26,792 bases of DNA from Candidatus Anderseniibacteriota bacterium (GTDB lineage: Bacteria; Patescibacteriota; Andersenbacteria; UBA10190): positions 1 through 26,792 of the forward strand of contig QIFI01000066.1 in assembly GCA_003229735.1 (NCBI GenBank), read 5' to 3'. Positions 16,337-25,328 of the stretch are shown here, one piece after another. How positions within the stretch are numbered: position 1 is the first letter of the stretch; each line of letters starts with the position of its first letter. The notes beneath the pieces are model-generated. The model was not told where the DNA came from and did no database searches. It saw nothing but the letters and a program-made list of their open reading frames with translations. Made by a program: the position numbers and the translations under genes.

Positions 16337-19300
16337 TCATTTATAGCTCACTGCCCGATCTCCCACAATACCCATTAATTTTTTAATCGCGGCCTCATCT
16401 CGGGTCAACACAAAACCGGTAGCCACCGCCTGGCGCGATCCATTATTTGCAACTAACAGCCTCACTCCCATTCCCTGGCCATCCGGAGCGTGATTAGCCG
16501 CCAAAATCCCTTTAATCTCCTCCAGTTGCTCCCGGCTTACCCCGGCCGGCAAAGCAATAGACAAAATTCTGGCCGTGCTATGCTCCGCCGCCTCATTATT
16601 CACCGGGGTCAGCTCCTTTTCCAGGATCACCAGATTCTCGTCATTCAATTGCCACACTCTATCAACCAGCACTTTAGTATCTCCATCCTTATCATTCAAT
16701 TTACCTTCCACAATTAAAACGGCGCTCTCTTCCCAATATTCTCGAGTCTTTTCAAACACTGTGGGAAACACCACCACTTCTACCGATCCCGCCAGATCTT
16801 CAAACTGGCAGAATGCCATTTGCTGGGCCTTCTTGGTCACGATTTGTTTCAAGCGGCTCACCACCCCCGCTACTCGCACCGTTGACGCTCGTCCTTTTAA
16901 TGAAGGCAGCTCTGCCATCGGGGTCGTCAGTCTCTTAAGTGAATCCCGCCACTCGCTTAATGGATGCTCCGACAAATATAATCCCAATAATTCTTTCTCC
17001 CAGGCCAGCCTCTCCTTTCTCTCCGCTGACGGTGCTTCCCGCAAATTCATTTTCGGCGGCGCCAATTCAATTTCTCCTCCCCCAAACAAACCCTTCTGTC
17101 CAGCGTCCACCACTTTATGTATTGATCGATTAAATACCAGCAAATCATCCAGATTTTCCAGCACCAGGTTTCGCTCGGCTACGGCATCCATGGCCCCGCA
17201 CTTGGCCATGCTTTCCACCGACTTACGATTAAAATCCCGGCCCGACACCCGCCGAAACAAATCCAATAAATCAATATATTTTCCATTGGTCTCCCGTTCC
17301 GTAATTAAAGCCCGCACCACGTTATGCCCCACATTCTTAATCGCGCTCAGCCCAAATCGAATCGCCTCTGTTTTATCATCTTGCTTCACCACCGTGAAAT
17401 CGTGTTCGCTCTCATTAATATCCGGCGGCAAAACCGCTATATTCATACTCAAAGCCTCCGCCACTTCAATCGCTTGCCGGTCCGTATTCCCCTCATCGCT
17501 GGTCAGCACTGCCGCCATAAAATCGGCCGGATATCGGGCCTTTAAATAGGCCGTCTGATAAGCAATCATCGCGTAGCAGGCCGCGTGGGCGCGATTAAAC
17601 CCATAGCGGGCAAACGGCTCAATAAAATCCCACACCTTAACCGCCGTATTTTTATCTACCTGACTCGCCATTATTGCCCCGGCAATAAACTTTTCCCGCT
17701 GTTCATCTAACAGCTTCTTGATTTTTTTACCCACCGCCTTCCGTAAAATATCTGCCTCCGCGTATGATAATCCGGCAAACTCTCTGGCCATCTGCAATAC
17801 CTGGTCTTGGGTCACAATCACTCCATAAGTTTTTTCCAGAATTGGTTTCAGTTTTGGATGCAGGTAAGTAATCATTTTACGCCCGTGTTTAGCCGCGATA
17901 AAATCAGGAATCGAATCCATGGGCCCCGGCCGATAAAGCGCCACCATGGAAATAATATCTTCAAATTCTGTCGGCTTAAGTTCCTTAAGATATCTTTTCA
18001 TCCCCGCCGACTCCAGTTGAAACACTCCCGTAGTCTTGCCTTCCTGCAATAGGCGATAAGACGCCGCGTCGTCCAGCGGTAAATTATCTATATCAATTTT
18101 TACTCCGTGCCGCTCCTTAATTCGCCGCAGTGCGTTTTGAATAATCGTCAAATTCTTTAGCCCCAGAAAATCAATTTTTAGCAAGCCTAAATCTTCCACA
18201 TCTTTCATCGCGTATTGGGTCACCAGCGCCTTCTCATCCTGGCCTGTAGTTGACATTTGCAGTGGTACATGACAAGTCAGTGGATCTTCAGTCACCACCA
18301 CTCCGGCCGCGTGCGTCGACGCGTGCCGGCACACTCCCTCCAGCTTTTTGGCCGTATCCACCAATCTTTTTACTTGCGGGTCGCTGGCATACATCTGCTT
18401 CAAGTCCGGCGAAACCTGCAAGGCCTCTTCAAAATTAGTAAACATGGGAATTGTCTTGGCTACTTGATCACACAGCGAATAGGGGAAACCCAATGCTCGT
18501 CCCGCGTCTCTAATTGCCGCCCGGGCCGCCATAGTTCCAAAAGTAATAATCTGGGCTACATGCTCATGGCCATATTTTTCCCGCACATAATCAATTATTT
18601 CATCCCGCCGATCGTCCGCGAAATCCAAATCAATATCCGGCATCGACACCCGCTCCGGATTCAAAAACCGCTCGAATAACAAATTATAATGCAGCGGGTC
18701 CAGCCCCGTAATCTTCAATAAAAATGACACAATACTCCCCGCCGCACTGCCTCTTCCCGGCCCCACTAATATCCCGCGCTTTTTAGCTTCATTCACAAAA
18801 TCCGCCACGATCAGAAAATATGAGGCGTATCCTGTTTTACCGATTACTTCCAGCTCATAATCAAGCCTCTCTCCAGCTTCCTTAAGCTTGTCCTGGTCAT
18901 AATAATTCTTTAAGCCAATCTCACATTTTTCCCGCAAAGCTTGCTCCGCTGTCTGGCCTTTAGGCAAAGGAAAGTGCGGTAAATGATTCCGGCTGAAATC
19001 CAATTTCACATTACACATCTCAGCAATTTTCTGGGTGGATTCAATCGCCTGCGGATAATCTTTCCAGGCTTCCTTCATCATCTCCGGTGTCTTCAACGAA
19101 AAATCCTCGCCCAGCATGCACAACCTGTTCTTATCCTGCACCGTCTTGCCGGTTTGCACGCACACCAGCACGTCCTGGGCCTCCGCGTCCTCGGGATGAA
19201 TATAGTGAGCATCCGTCGTGGCCACCAGCGGAATCTTGAATTTCCGGCTATATTTAATCAGAGCTGAATTCAACACCCGTTGCTCCTCAATAGCGGCGTG

Positions 19301-19831
19301 GTGCTGTACTTCCAGATAAAATCTATCCGGGCCAAATACTTCCCGGTGCCACTTAATCAGCTTCTCCGCGTCCTCTAAACGTTTCTCGTTTATCGCTTTC
19401 GCGATATCCCCATTCAAACAGCCGGATAAAACAATCACTCCCTCTGAATGCTTCTCCAATATGTCATAATCAATTCTCGGCTTATAATAATAACCCTCCA
19501 AATGCGCCTTGGTAGTCAACTGAATCAAATTTTTGTAACCCGTGTTATTCTGCGCCAGCAGTGTCAAATGCCGCGGATTAGCATCCACTCGCGCCCGTTT
19601 ATTCTTCCGGCCGGTCGGTGCCAAATACGCCTCCATGCCGATAATCGGCTTTATTCCCGCTTCACGGGCGGTTTTATAAAAATCCACCACCCCGTACATC
19701 ACTCCATGATCAGTCAGCGCCAGCGCGTCCATCCCCATGTCCTTGGCCCGCTCCACCAATGCCCCAATCTTCCCTAATCCATCCAGCAGGGAATAATGTG
19801 AATGAACATGTAAATGTGTAAAATCAGACAT
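16337..19831 (-). CDS. dnaE: DNA polymerase III alpha subunit
   Basis: PHP domain HLHVHSHYSLLDG, GPGRGSAAGS, MPDIDLDF, LKIDFLGL, YGFNRAHA, and C-terminal OB fold. Confidence 0.98.
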   Translation of the reverse strand: MSDFTHLHVHSHYSLLDGLGKIGALVERAKDMGMDALALTDHGVMYGVVDFYKTAREAGIKPIIGMEAYLAPTGRKNKRARVDANPRHLTLLAQNNTGYKNLIQLTTKAHLEGYYYKPRIDYDILEKHSEGVIVLSGCLNGDIAKAINEKRLEDAEKLIKWHREVFGPDRFYLEVQHHAAIEEQRVLNSALIKYSRKFKIPLVATTDAHYIHPEDAEAQDVLVCVQTGKTVQDKNRLCMLGEDFSLKTPEMMKEAWKDYPQAIESTQKIAEMCNVKLDFSRNHLPHFPLPKGQTAEQALREKCEIGLKNYYDQDKLKEAGERLDYELEVIGKTGYASYFLIVADFVNEAKKRGILVGPGRGSAAGSIVSFLLKITGLDPLHYNLLFERFLNPERVSMPDIDLDFADDRRDEIIDYVREKYGHEHVAQIITFGTMAARAAIRDAGRALGFPYSLCDQVAKTIPMFTNFEEALQVSPDLKQMYASDPQVKRLVDTAKKLEGVCRHASTHAAGVVVTEDPLTCHVPLQMSTTGQDEKALVTQYAMKDVEDLGLLKIDFLGLKNLTIIQNALRRIKERHGVKIDIDNLPLDDAASYRLLQEGKTTGVFQLESAGMKRYLKELKPTEFEDIISMVALYRPGPMDSIPDFIAAKHGRKMITYLHPKLKPILEKTYGVIVTQDQVLQMAREFAGLSYAEADILRKAVGKKIKKLLDEQREKFIAGAIMASQVDKNTAVKVWDFIEPFARYGFNRAHAACYAMIAYQTAYLKARYPADFMAAVLTSDEGNTDRQAIEVAEALSMNIAVLPPDINESEHDFTVVKQDDKTEAIRFGLSAIKNVGHNVVRALITERETNGKYIDLLDLFRRVSGRDFNRKSVESMAKCGAMDAVAERNLVLENLDDLLVFNRSIHKVVDAGQKGLFGGGEIELAPPKMNLREAPSAERKERLAWEKELLGLYLSEHPLSEWRDSLKRLTTPMAELPSLKGRASTVRVAGVVSRLKQIVTKKAQQMAFCQFEDLAGSVEVVVFPTVFEKTREYWEESAVLIVEGKLNDKDGDTKVLVDRVWQLNDENLVILEKELTPVNNEAAEHSTARILSIALPAGVSREQLEEIKGILAANHAPDGQGMGVRLLVANNGSRQAVATGFVLTRDEAAIKKLMGIVGDRAVSYK

Positions 19832-19838
19832 AGGTCAT

Positions 19839-19919
19839 CTACCATGAACGCTTGCCCCGTACTAAAGCGAGCTTCAGCGAGCTTTTAGTATCGGGGTGTA
19901 AATGTGTAAATTCCGACAT
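19839..19919 (-). other. 26-aa upstream ORF carrying a duplicate of the first 8 dnaE codons
   Basis: MSEFTHLHPDTKSSLKLALVRGKRSW* versus DnaE MSDFTHLH. 19897-19920 matches 19809-19832 at 22/24 nt; the two ATGs are 88 nt apart (out of frame). Confidence 0.75.
19850..19896. mobile_element. Short palindromic (MITE/REP-like) insertion
   Basis: gcttg-CCCCGTACTAAAG..agcgagctt x2..TTTTAGTATCGGGG hairpin lying between the two copies of the dnaE 5' end. Confidence 0.6.
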
Positions 19920-19935
19920 ACTCTTATGGCCACTT

Positions 19936-19944
19936 ATTATACCA
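19936..19944 (-). promoter_or_regulatory. Extended -10 promoter for dnaE
   Basis: Minus strand TG-G-TATAAT; the predicted start site is about 10 nt upstream of the duplicated ATG at 19919. Confidence 0.5.
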
Positions 19945-20116
19945 ACTCCGGTCATGAAGTCATTGAGATTTCTCATAAATCCCCGACTTTACAAACACCG
20001 CAAAACAAGACATCGCAACCTCGTCCCGTAATCGGGAATTTAGTCATTTGAAATTTGGAGTTGATTAGCGACGCGCCACAGCGCTAGTGCCGGCGCCCGG
20101 CCGACGCACCGCCTAG

Positions 20117-20240
20117 TTACTGATTACCAGTTACCAGTTACCAGTTACCAGTTACCAGTTACTAATTACCAGTTACTGATGCCCATCGCAGCATAAGTGA
20201 AAAAGTTACTAGTTACTAGTTACCAGTTACCAGTTACTAT
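20117..20240 (+). repeat. Heptamer tandem array TTAC(C/T)(A/G)(G/A/T), 9 + 5 units
   Basis: Units at 20117-20179 and 20206-20240, then AAACCT and the ATG at 20247. Confidence 0.92.
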
Positions 20241-20246
20241 AAACCT

Positions 20247-21041
20247 ATGCCCGCTCTCAAACGTGTCACCAAGCAAGCCGCCTATCTTACTTTCTACATA
20301 GTTGTCTTTATTCTGATTATTAGTTTTATCGTCGTCCCCAACATCGGTTTATTCACCGGTGATCGTAATCGCCCCCAGCCCCCGCCTCGTCAAGCCGTAG
20401 TTATTGAAAGTGTTGACCCGGTCATCCATGCCAACACTATCGATATTGTAGCTCGCGTCCGTAATCCCAACCCCAATGCCGGAGTCAGCAGCTATGATCT
20501 GAATTTCATCCTGCTTGATATTCAAGGCAGTGAGATCCAGCGCTACTCTAAAAATACTTATCTTCTACCCGGCAGTCTTAATTACATTCCGCTGCTCGAC
20601 ATCCCGGCCAATACCAGCTTAGCCAAAGTTAACGTCGAAGCCCCCACGAATATTACTTATACTGATTTGCCGGCCAATGTATCTGCTCCCACCTTTAACT
20701 CTTTTCTTCAGACCCGGCGGCTCCGTAACATTGGTGATGAAATAGTGGAGGAGCAAAAAGGCATTGTCACTAACACCAGCACTCTTGGCTATCGCCATGT
20801 CGAAGTCACCGGGGTCGCCTTTGACTCCAATGGGACAGTCGTCGGCGTCAGCACTACTTTCATGGGCCAGCTCCGGGTCGGAGAAGGCCGCGAGTTCACT
20901 CTTCAATGGCCATCTCCCGCGACGCCCACCGAGCGGGTAATCATTATCCCCACTACCAATGTCTATGAACCGGATAATATCCTGGAAATTAAAGGCAGCC
21001 CCGGCCGCCTTCGTGGCATCACCGACACCAAGCAGGAATAA
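20247..21041 (+). CDS. Membrane-anchored protein with two Ig-like/FxLYD-type domains
   Basis: N-terminal TM; beta-rich repeats ARVRNPN..FILLDIQG and GIVTNTS..VAFDSNG..FTLQW. Confidence 0.7.
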   Translation: MPALKRVTKQAAYLTFYIVVFILIISFIVVPNIGLFTGDRNRPQPPPRQAVVIESVDPVIHANTIDIVARVRNPNPNAGVSSYDLNFILLDIQGSEIQRYSKNTYLLPGSLNYIPLLDIPANTSLAKVNVEAPTNITYTDLPANVSAPTFNSFLQTRRLRNIGDEIVEEQKGIVTNTSTLGYRHVEVTGVAFDSNGTVVGVSTTFMGQLRVGEGREFTLQWPSPATPTERVIIIPTTNVYEPDNILEIKGSPGRLRGITDTKQE

Positions 21042-21050
21042 AACCAATCA

Positions 21051-21298
21051 TTCTTCCCGATGAGAAGAAGGCCAGGATGAGCGGCGTAACGCCGTGTCAT
21101 TGGGAATTGGTCATTATCCGTAACCGTCGTTCCCCTCTCCCCGATGGGGAGAGGGCGGGGGTGAGGGGCGCAGTCGCCGCGCCAGTGGTCATTGGGAATT
21201 GGGAAGTGGCCATTACAACATAGTCATTACAACATGGTCATTGGGACTTGAGTGGAAATTAGGAATTGAGATTAGGTCATTCCCAAATGGTCATCAGT
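21051..21298 (+). repeat. Mosaic repeat spacer: degenerate hairpin (21051-21078), hairpin/G-tract element (21130-21168), and GTCATTG/GGAATTG heptamer runs
   Basis: 21145-21197 is identical (53 nt) to 24066-24118. Confidence 0.85.
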
Positions 21299-21332
21299 AG
21301 CCATAAAATAGTTAATACATAATACTAACCCT

Positions 21333-22457
21333 GTGCATCTTCGAGATTTTATATCATCATATGATTGGCTGTTAACCGGAGCCGCCATGTTATTAGTTTT
21401 TCTGGGCCTGGCCATGTTATTTAGCAGTGGTGCCGCTGACAACTCTCTCTTTTCCACCCGCTTCATCCGCCAGATAATATCGTTCATAATCGCCCTAATT
21501 GGATACCTGGCGCTAAGCCTGTTTCCTTACCACAAAATTCAGCGGTATACTCCGGCCATTTATACTCTTGGTTTGATCGGTCTCCTTATTGCTTCCCAGT
21601 TAGGCCGCGTTATTCGCGGCACCACCTCCCGCCTGGAAATAATTGGCGCCCAATTCCAGCCGTCCGAATTTATGAAAGTTGCTATCGTCATCGCCTTGGC
21701 CTGGATATTCAGTAAATGGAGCGTTAATAATTTTCGCGGCTTGTTAACCAGCGCTGTCGTAGTAGGCATAGCCGCCGTGCTAATAATTCTGGAACCGGAT
21801 ATGGGCATGGCCGCTCTGGTTCTGGGCGCTTGGCTGGGCCTTATAATATACCTCGGTTTGTCCTGGCGTCTCATCGGATTTATTACCATGACCGGTATCA
21901 TCAGCTCCCTGGGAGCCTGGCGCTGGCTATTTGCTGATTATCAAAAAGCTCGCGTCCTCATCTTTATCGACCCCACGCGTGATCCCCTAGGCGCTGGTTA
22001 TAACGTCATGCAATCCATTGTGGCCCTCGGCTCTGGCGGTCTGATCGGCCGGGGATTAGGCCACGGTCCTCAATCCCAACTGCAATTTCTTCCCGAACAG
22101 CACACCGACTTCATCTTTGCCAGTCTAGGTGAAGAGCTGGGCTTCGCTGGTCTATCTCTTCTGGTGGCCCTCTATGTTGTCTTGCTCTGGCGCGTTCTGC
22201 GTGTCACCAGGAATACCGAAGATCCCTTTGGCCGATATTTAGCCGCCGGCACCTTTCTAATCCTGTTAATTGGCTTCTTTGTTAGTGCCGGTATGAATAT
22301 GGGCCTCCTGCCGGTCACCGGCATCCCCCTGCCTCTGGTCAGTTATGGTGGATCCAATCTGCTAAGTACATTTATCCTATTGGGCATAGTTCAATCAGTT
22401 CACCTTCATAATAAATGGGTTCGCAAACCTCCTCTTGAACTCACCCATTTCACCTAA
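21333..22457 (+). CDS. rodA: Rod shape-determining protein RodA (SEDS family)
   Basis: FQPSEFMK, EPDMG, YQKARV..F.DP..DPLGAGY, LPEQHTDFIFA..GEE, and PLPLVSYGGS; GTG start. Confidence 0.9.
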   Translation: MHLRDFISSYDWLLTGAAMLLVFLGLAMLFSSGAADNSLFSTRFIRQIISFIIALIGYLALSLFPYHKIQRYTPAIYTLGLIGLLIASQLGRVIRGTTSRLEIIGAQFQPSEFMKVAIVIALAWIFSKWSVNNFRGLLTSAVVVGIAAVLIILEPDMGMAALVLGAWLGLIIYLGLSWRLIGFITMTGIISSLGAWRWLFADYQKARVLIFIDPTRDPLGAGYNVMQSIVALGSGGLIGRGLGHGPQSQLQFLPEQHTDFIFASLGEELGFAGLSLLVALYVVLLWRVLRVTRNTEDPFGRYLAAGTFLILLIGFFVSAGMNMGLLPVTGIPLPLVSYGGSNLLSTFILLGIVQSVHLHNKWVRKPPLELTHFT

Positions 22458-22464
22458 CAGCCAT

Positions 22465-22680
22465 CCCTTCTCCCCCTGGAGAGAAGGCCAGGCCGAAGCT
22501 CGCAACCGTCGCGTTCCCCTCTCCCCTTTAGGGGAGAGGGCTAGGGTGAGGGGACGAAACCGCCGTCGTAACTTTCAACTTTTAACCTGCATTTTTGCCC
22601 TTTAACTTTTGCCCTTTAACTTTTCCATCGTATTAGCGTCATTCGCATGCGATTAGCGGATTAGCATCGCTCTTTAACTT
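22465..22680 (+). repeat. Mosaic repeat spacer: hairpin (22465-22492), hairpin/G-tract element (22514-22553), TTTAAC runs, and 60-nt unit (22621-22680)
   Basis: 22621-22680 is identical to 24326-24385. Confidence 0.88.
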
Positions 22681-22752
22681 ATGCCTTTTATCTTCTAACC
22701 TTTATCTTAAACAAAAGCACAAATAAAGTGTTCATAATACCAAGACCCCAGA

Positions 22753-22781
22753 TTGACAAAAGGTCAAAACTAATATAAGAT
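22753..22781 (+). promoter_or_regulatory. Sigma70-type promoter
   Basis: TTGACA-17 nt-TAAGAT, 10 nt upstream of ATG 22792. Confidence 0.6.
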
Positions 22782-22791
22782 AGTAAGTAAT

Positions 22792-23124
22792 ATGGTGTTC
22801 GATGACAACGTCCAACTAGTCACCAGATGTCCCTTCTGCAGCGCCGAGTATGATCTCGACGGTGCCCAGGTGATTGGCGAAGAAAACGATGCCACCATGG
22901 TCTATATCACCTGCAGTGAATGTGCCAGCTCAATCATCGCTATTGTTGCTATGTCCGGACTGGGAATAGTCAGCCTCGGCCTGGTCACCGATATGACCGT
23001 GGAAGACACCAAGCGATTCAACAAAGAGAAAGCTTTAACTGGCGATGAGTTATTGGAAGTATATGAACTATTGGAGAAGCAAAAACATAAAGCCCTCAAA
23101 CAATTGACGAAATCCCAGAAATAG
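22792..23124 (+). CDS. Small zinc-ribbon-like hypothetical protein
   Basis: CPFC and CSEC pairs 27 residues apart. Confidence 0.75.
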   Translation: MVFDDNVQLVTRCPFCSAEYDLDGAQVIGEENDATMVYITCSECASSIIAIVAMSGLGIVSLGLVTDMTVEDTKRFNKEKALTGDELLEVYELLEKQKHKALKQLTKSQK

Positions 23125-23239
23125 CATAAACTTACAGCCTGGCGGCGCGGCCAAGAACCACTGCTCCTCCCATGACCAATACCGATACTCTTGATTTATA
23201 TCTTGTATTTTTGACCCATTCCTTTTAACCTTTAACTTT

Positions 23240-23968
23240 ATGGAATTACAATTAACCGTCCAGGTGCGTCCCGGCAAATCATCAGCCGTCCGCCAGCAGG
23301 ATCAGATCCCGGCTGTTTTATATGGTCATGGTATCGATAATCAATCCCTGGCTATTGACCGCAAAACCTTCATTAAAGTATTTAGAGAATCCGGCTACAC
23401 CAGCCTGATTAATGTCACCGTCAAAGGCGAAAAAGAAGCCCGGCACACCGTCCTGGTCCGGGAAATTCAATATCATCCGGTTCATTCTCACATTTTACAC
23501 ATCGACCTATACCAGGTCCGTCTGGATGAAACCATCACCGCCAAGGTGCCGTTATTATTTACCGGCGAATCAATAGCCGTCAAAGATATGGGCGGCGTCT
23601 TAGTCCGAGGTCTGGATGAAGTCGAATTAACAGCTCTGCCTCAAAACTTGCCCCGTGAAATAGAAGTTGACATTTCATCCATTAAAGACTTTGATGCCAT
23701 TATTCATGTCAGTGATCTGACTGTACCGGATGGCGTAGAATTACACTATGAAGCCGAAGAAGTTGTGGCTCTGGTTCAACCTCCCCGCACCGAAGAAGAG
23801 ATAGAGGCACTTGAAGAAGAAGTAGCTGAAGATGTCGAGAGTGTTGAGGGTGTTGAAGAAGCTAAAACAGATGAAGGTGAAGCGGGCGAAGGAACCGGAG
23901 ACAAAACCAAAGAAGTTAAATCTGATCAAGCTGAACAAACCCAGCCCGAAGCATCTGAAAATAAGTAG
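23240..23968 (+). CDS. rplY: 50S ribosomal protein L25/Ctc
   Basis: IPAVLYGHG, VREIQYHPV..ILHIDL, VPL.FTGES..VK..GG, LPQNLP.EIEVDIS, and an acidic tail. Confidence 0.95.
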   Translation: MELQLTVQVRPGKSSAVRQQDQIPAVLYGHGIDNQSLAIDRKTFIKVFRESGYTSLINVTVKGEKEARHTVLVREIQYHPVHSHILHIDLYQVRLDETITAKVPLLFTGESIAVKDMGGVLVRGLDEVELTALPQNLPREIEVDISSIKDFDAIIHVSDLTVPDGVELHYEAEEVVALVQPPRTEEEIEALEEEVAEDVESVEGVEEAKTDEGEAGEGTGDKTKEVKSDQAEQTQPEASENK

Positions 23969-23997
23969 TAAGGTGGGAGCTGGAAAAAGTGGGAGCG

Positions 23998-24385
23998 TTC
24001 CTTTCTCCCCGATGGGGAGAGGGCCAGGATAAACGGCGCAACCGTCGCGTTCCCCTCTCCCCACGTGGGGAGAGGGCGGGGGTGAGGGGCGCAGTCGCCG
24101 CGCCAGTGGTCATTGGGATTTGGGATTTGAGTGGTCATTGGGAATTGGCCATTATCCGTAACCGTCGCGTTCCCCTCTCCCCACGTGGGGAGAGGGCGGG
24201 GGTGAGGGGATGCAACCGCCGTCGTAACTTTTACCTTTTAGGAATTGGCCATTTCATCCAGTGGTCATCAATGTCAGAATTCGGGTCATTCGGATATAAT
24301 TCGGGTATTAGCATCGCTCTTTAATTTTTCCATCGTATTAGCGTCATTCGCATGCGATTAGCGGATTAGCATCGCTCTTTAACTT
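23998..24385 (+). repeat. Mosaic repeat spacer: hairpin (23998-24029), two identical 50-nt elements (24040-24089, 24160-24209), heptamer runs, and ATTCGC/ATTAGC units
   Basis: Direct reading; the two 50-nt copies are exactly 120 nt apart. Confidence 0.9.
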
Positions 24386-24507
24386 TTGTCATTTGGATTT
24401 CGCCAGCAATCATTGTGATTTGAAAATTGGTTATAATATTTTAGTCCTCTTGAGCTAGAAAGTATCAGCAAAACAAAGTCACCATCACTCAAACATCAAT
24501 TCATTGC

Positions 24508-25320
24508 TTAAATGGGACCATGTTTTATCTCTCCGCCTATCCCCTCATAAATAACCGGCACATCGGCCATCAAAAGCTGATTAATAAATTTCAACCCATC
24601 ATCCCCGCCATCCAAAGCTGCTTGCGGCTCAAACTTAAGCCCCATTCTCTCTATCTCACCCAAACCAACTTTACACGCCTGGTGTGTAAAGTTGGTAACT
24701 TCACTCAACTCACCGCTCGGGACATATGGCGGATTGCTCACAATCAAATCTATATTTCTACCCTTCAAAGCCTTCAACATATCACCCTCAATGAACTCAA
24801 TCATACTATCAACCCTATGCAGCTTTGCATTTTTCCTGGCCACCTTCAATGCGATAGGGGATACATCGATAGCATAAAGCCGCTCAACTTTATCCGACCT
24901 CTCCCGCAGTAATGTAATACCAATAATTCCGCTGCCAGTCCCAATATCAGCCACCCTCACTTTACGACCTAATTTAGTGTACAAAGCGTCAATCTTGATT
25001 ATCGCCTCATCAACTAGTGCCTCCGTGCTGGGGCGGGGGACTAAAACATCAGGTGTCACTATGAATTTACAACTATGAAACTCCCACCAGCCAAATATAT
25101 ATGCCAGCGGTTCACCAGTTGCCCGGCGCCGAACCATCGCCTCAAACCGTTCCTGCTGATCTAAAGTCAGCTCCTGGTCATGGTGGGTAATAATATAGCT
25201 CGACTCGCTCTCCCCCAGCGCTTCCAATAAAATCCACTCGATATCAAGCTCGGGGGTATTAGAAATATTCTTCAACACTTTTTTCCCAAAACTAGCCGAC
25301 TGCCCTATTGAGATATGCAT
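24508..25320 (-). CDS. prmC: Release factor glutamine methyltransferase HemK/PrmC
   Basis: GEPLAYI.G..EF, VLVPRPSTE, DIGTGSG, NPPY, EP.AALDGG.DGL; located directly downstream of prfA. Confidence 0.92.
   Translation of the reverse strand: MHISIGQSASFGKKVLKNISNTPELDIEWILLEALGESESSYIITHHDQELTLDQQERFEAMVRRRATGEPLAYIFGWWEFHSCKFIVTPDVLVPRPSTEALVDEAIIKIDALYTKLGRKVRVADIGTGSGIIGITLLRERSDKVERLYAIDVSPIALKVARKNAKLHRVDSMIEFIEGDMLKALKGRNIDLIVSNPPYVPSGELSEVTNFTHQACKVGLGEIERMGLKFEPQAALDGGDDGLKFINQLLMADVPVIYEGIGGEIKHGPI
24664..24696. repeat. Perfect 13-bp inverted repeat inside prmC (in-frame insertion)
   Basis: ACCAACTTTACAC-gcctggt-GTGTAAAGTTGGT, encoding TNFTHQACKVG. Confidence 0.8.
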
Positions 25321-25328
25321 AATTAAAT

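Noticed and set aside
16575-17549. 324-aa + strand ORF
   Set aside because: Antisense shadow of dnaE, Ser-rich with no domain signal. The same applies to the other track ORFs nested in long genes.
16337-19831. Intein or intron in dnaE
   Set aside because: The 1164-aa length and continuous domain order leave no room for one; no splicing motifs were seen.
23998-24209. CRISPR array
   Set aside because: Only 2-3 units, and the intervening sequences recur at other loci rather than being unique spacers; no cas genes.
23741-24324. Short ORFs with PLSPRGERAGVRG or PHPRPLP peptides (also 16164-16346)
   Set aside because: These are translations of the hairpin/G-tract repeat, not credible genes.
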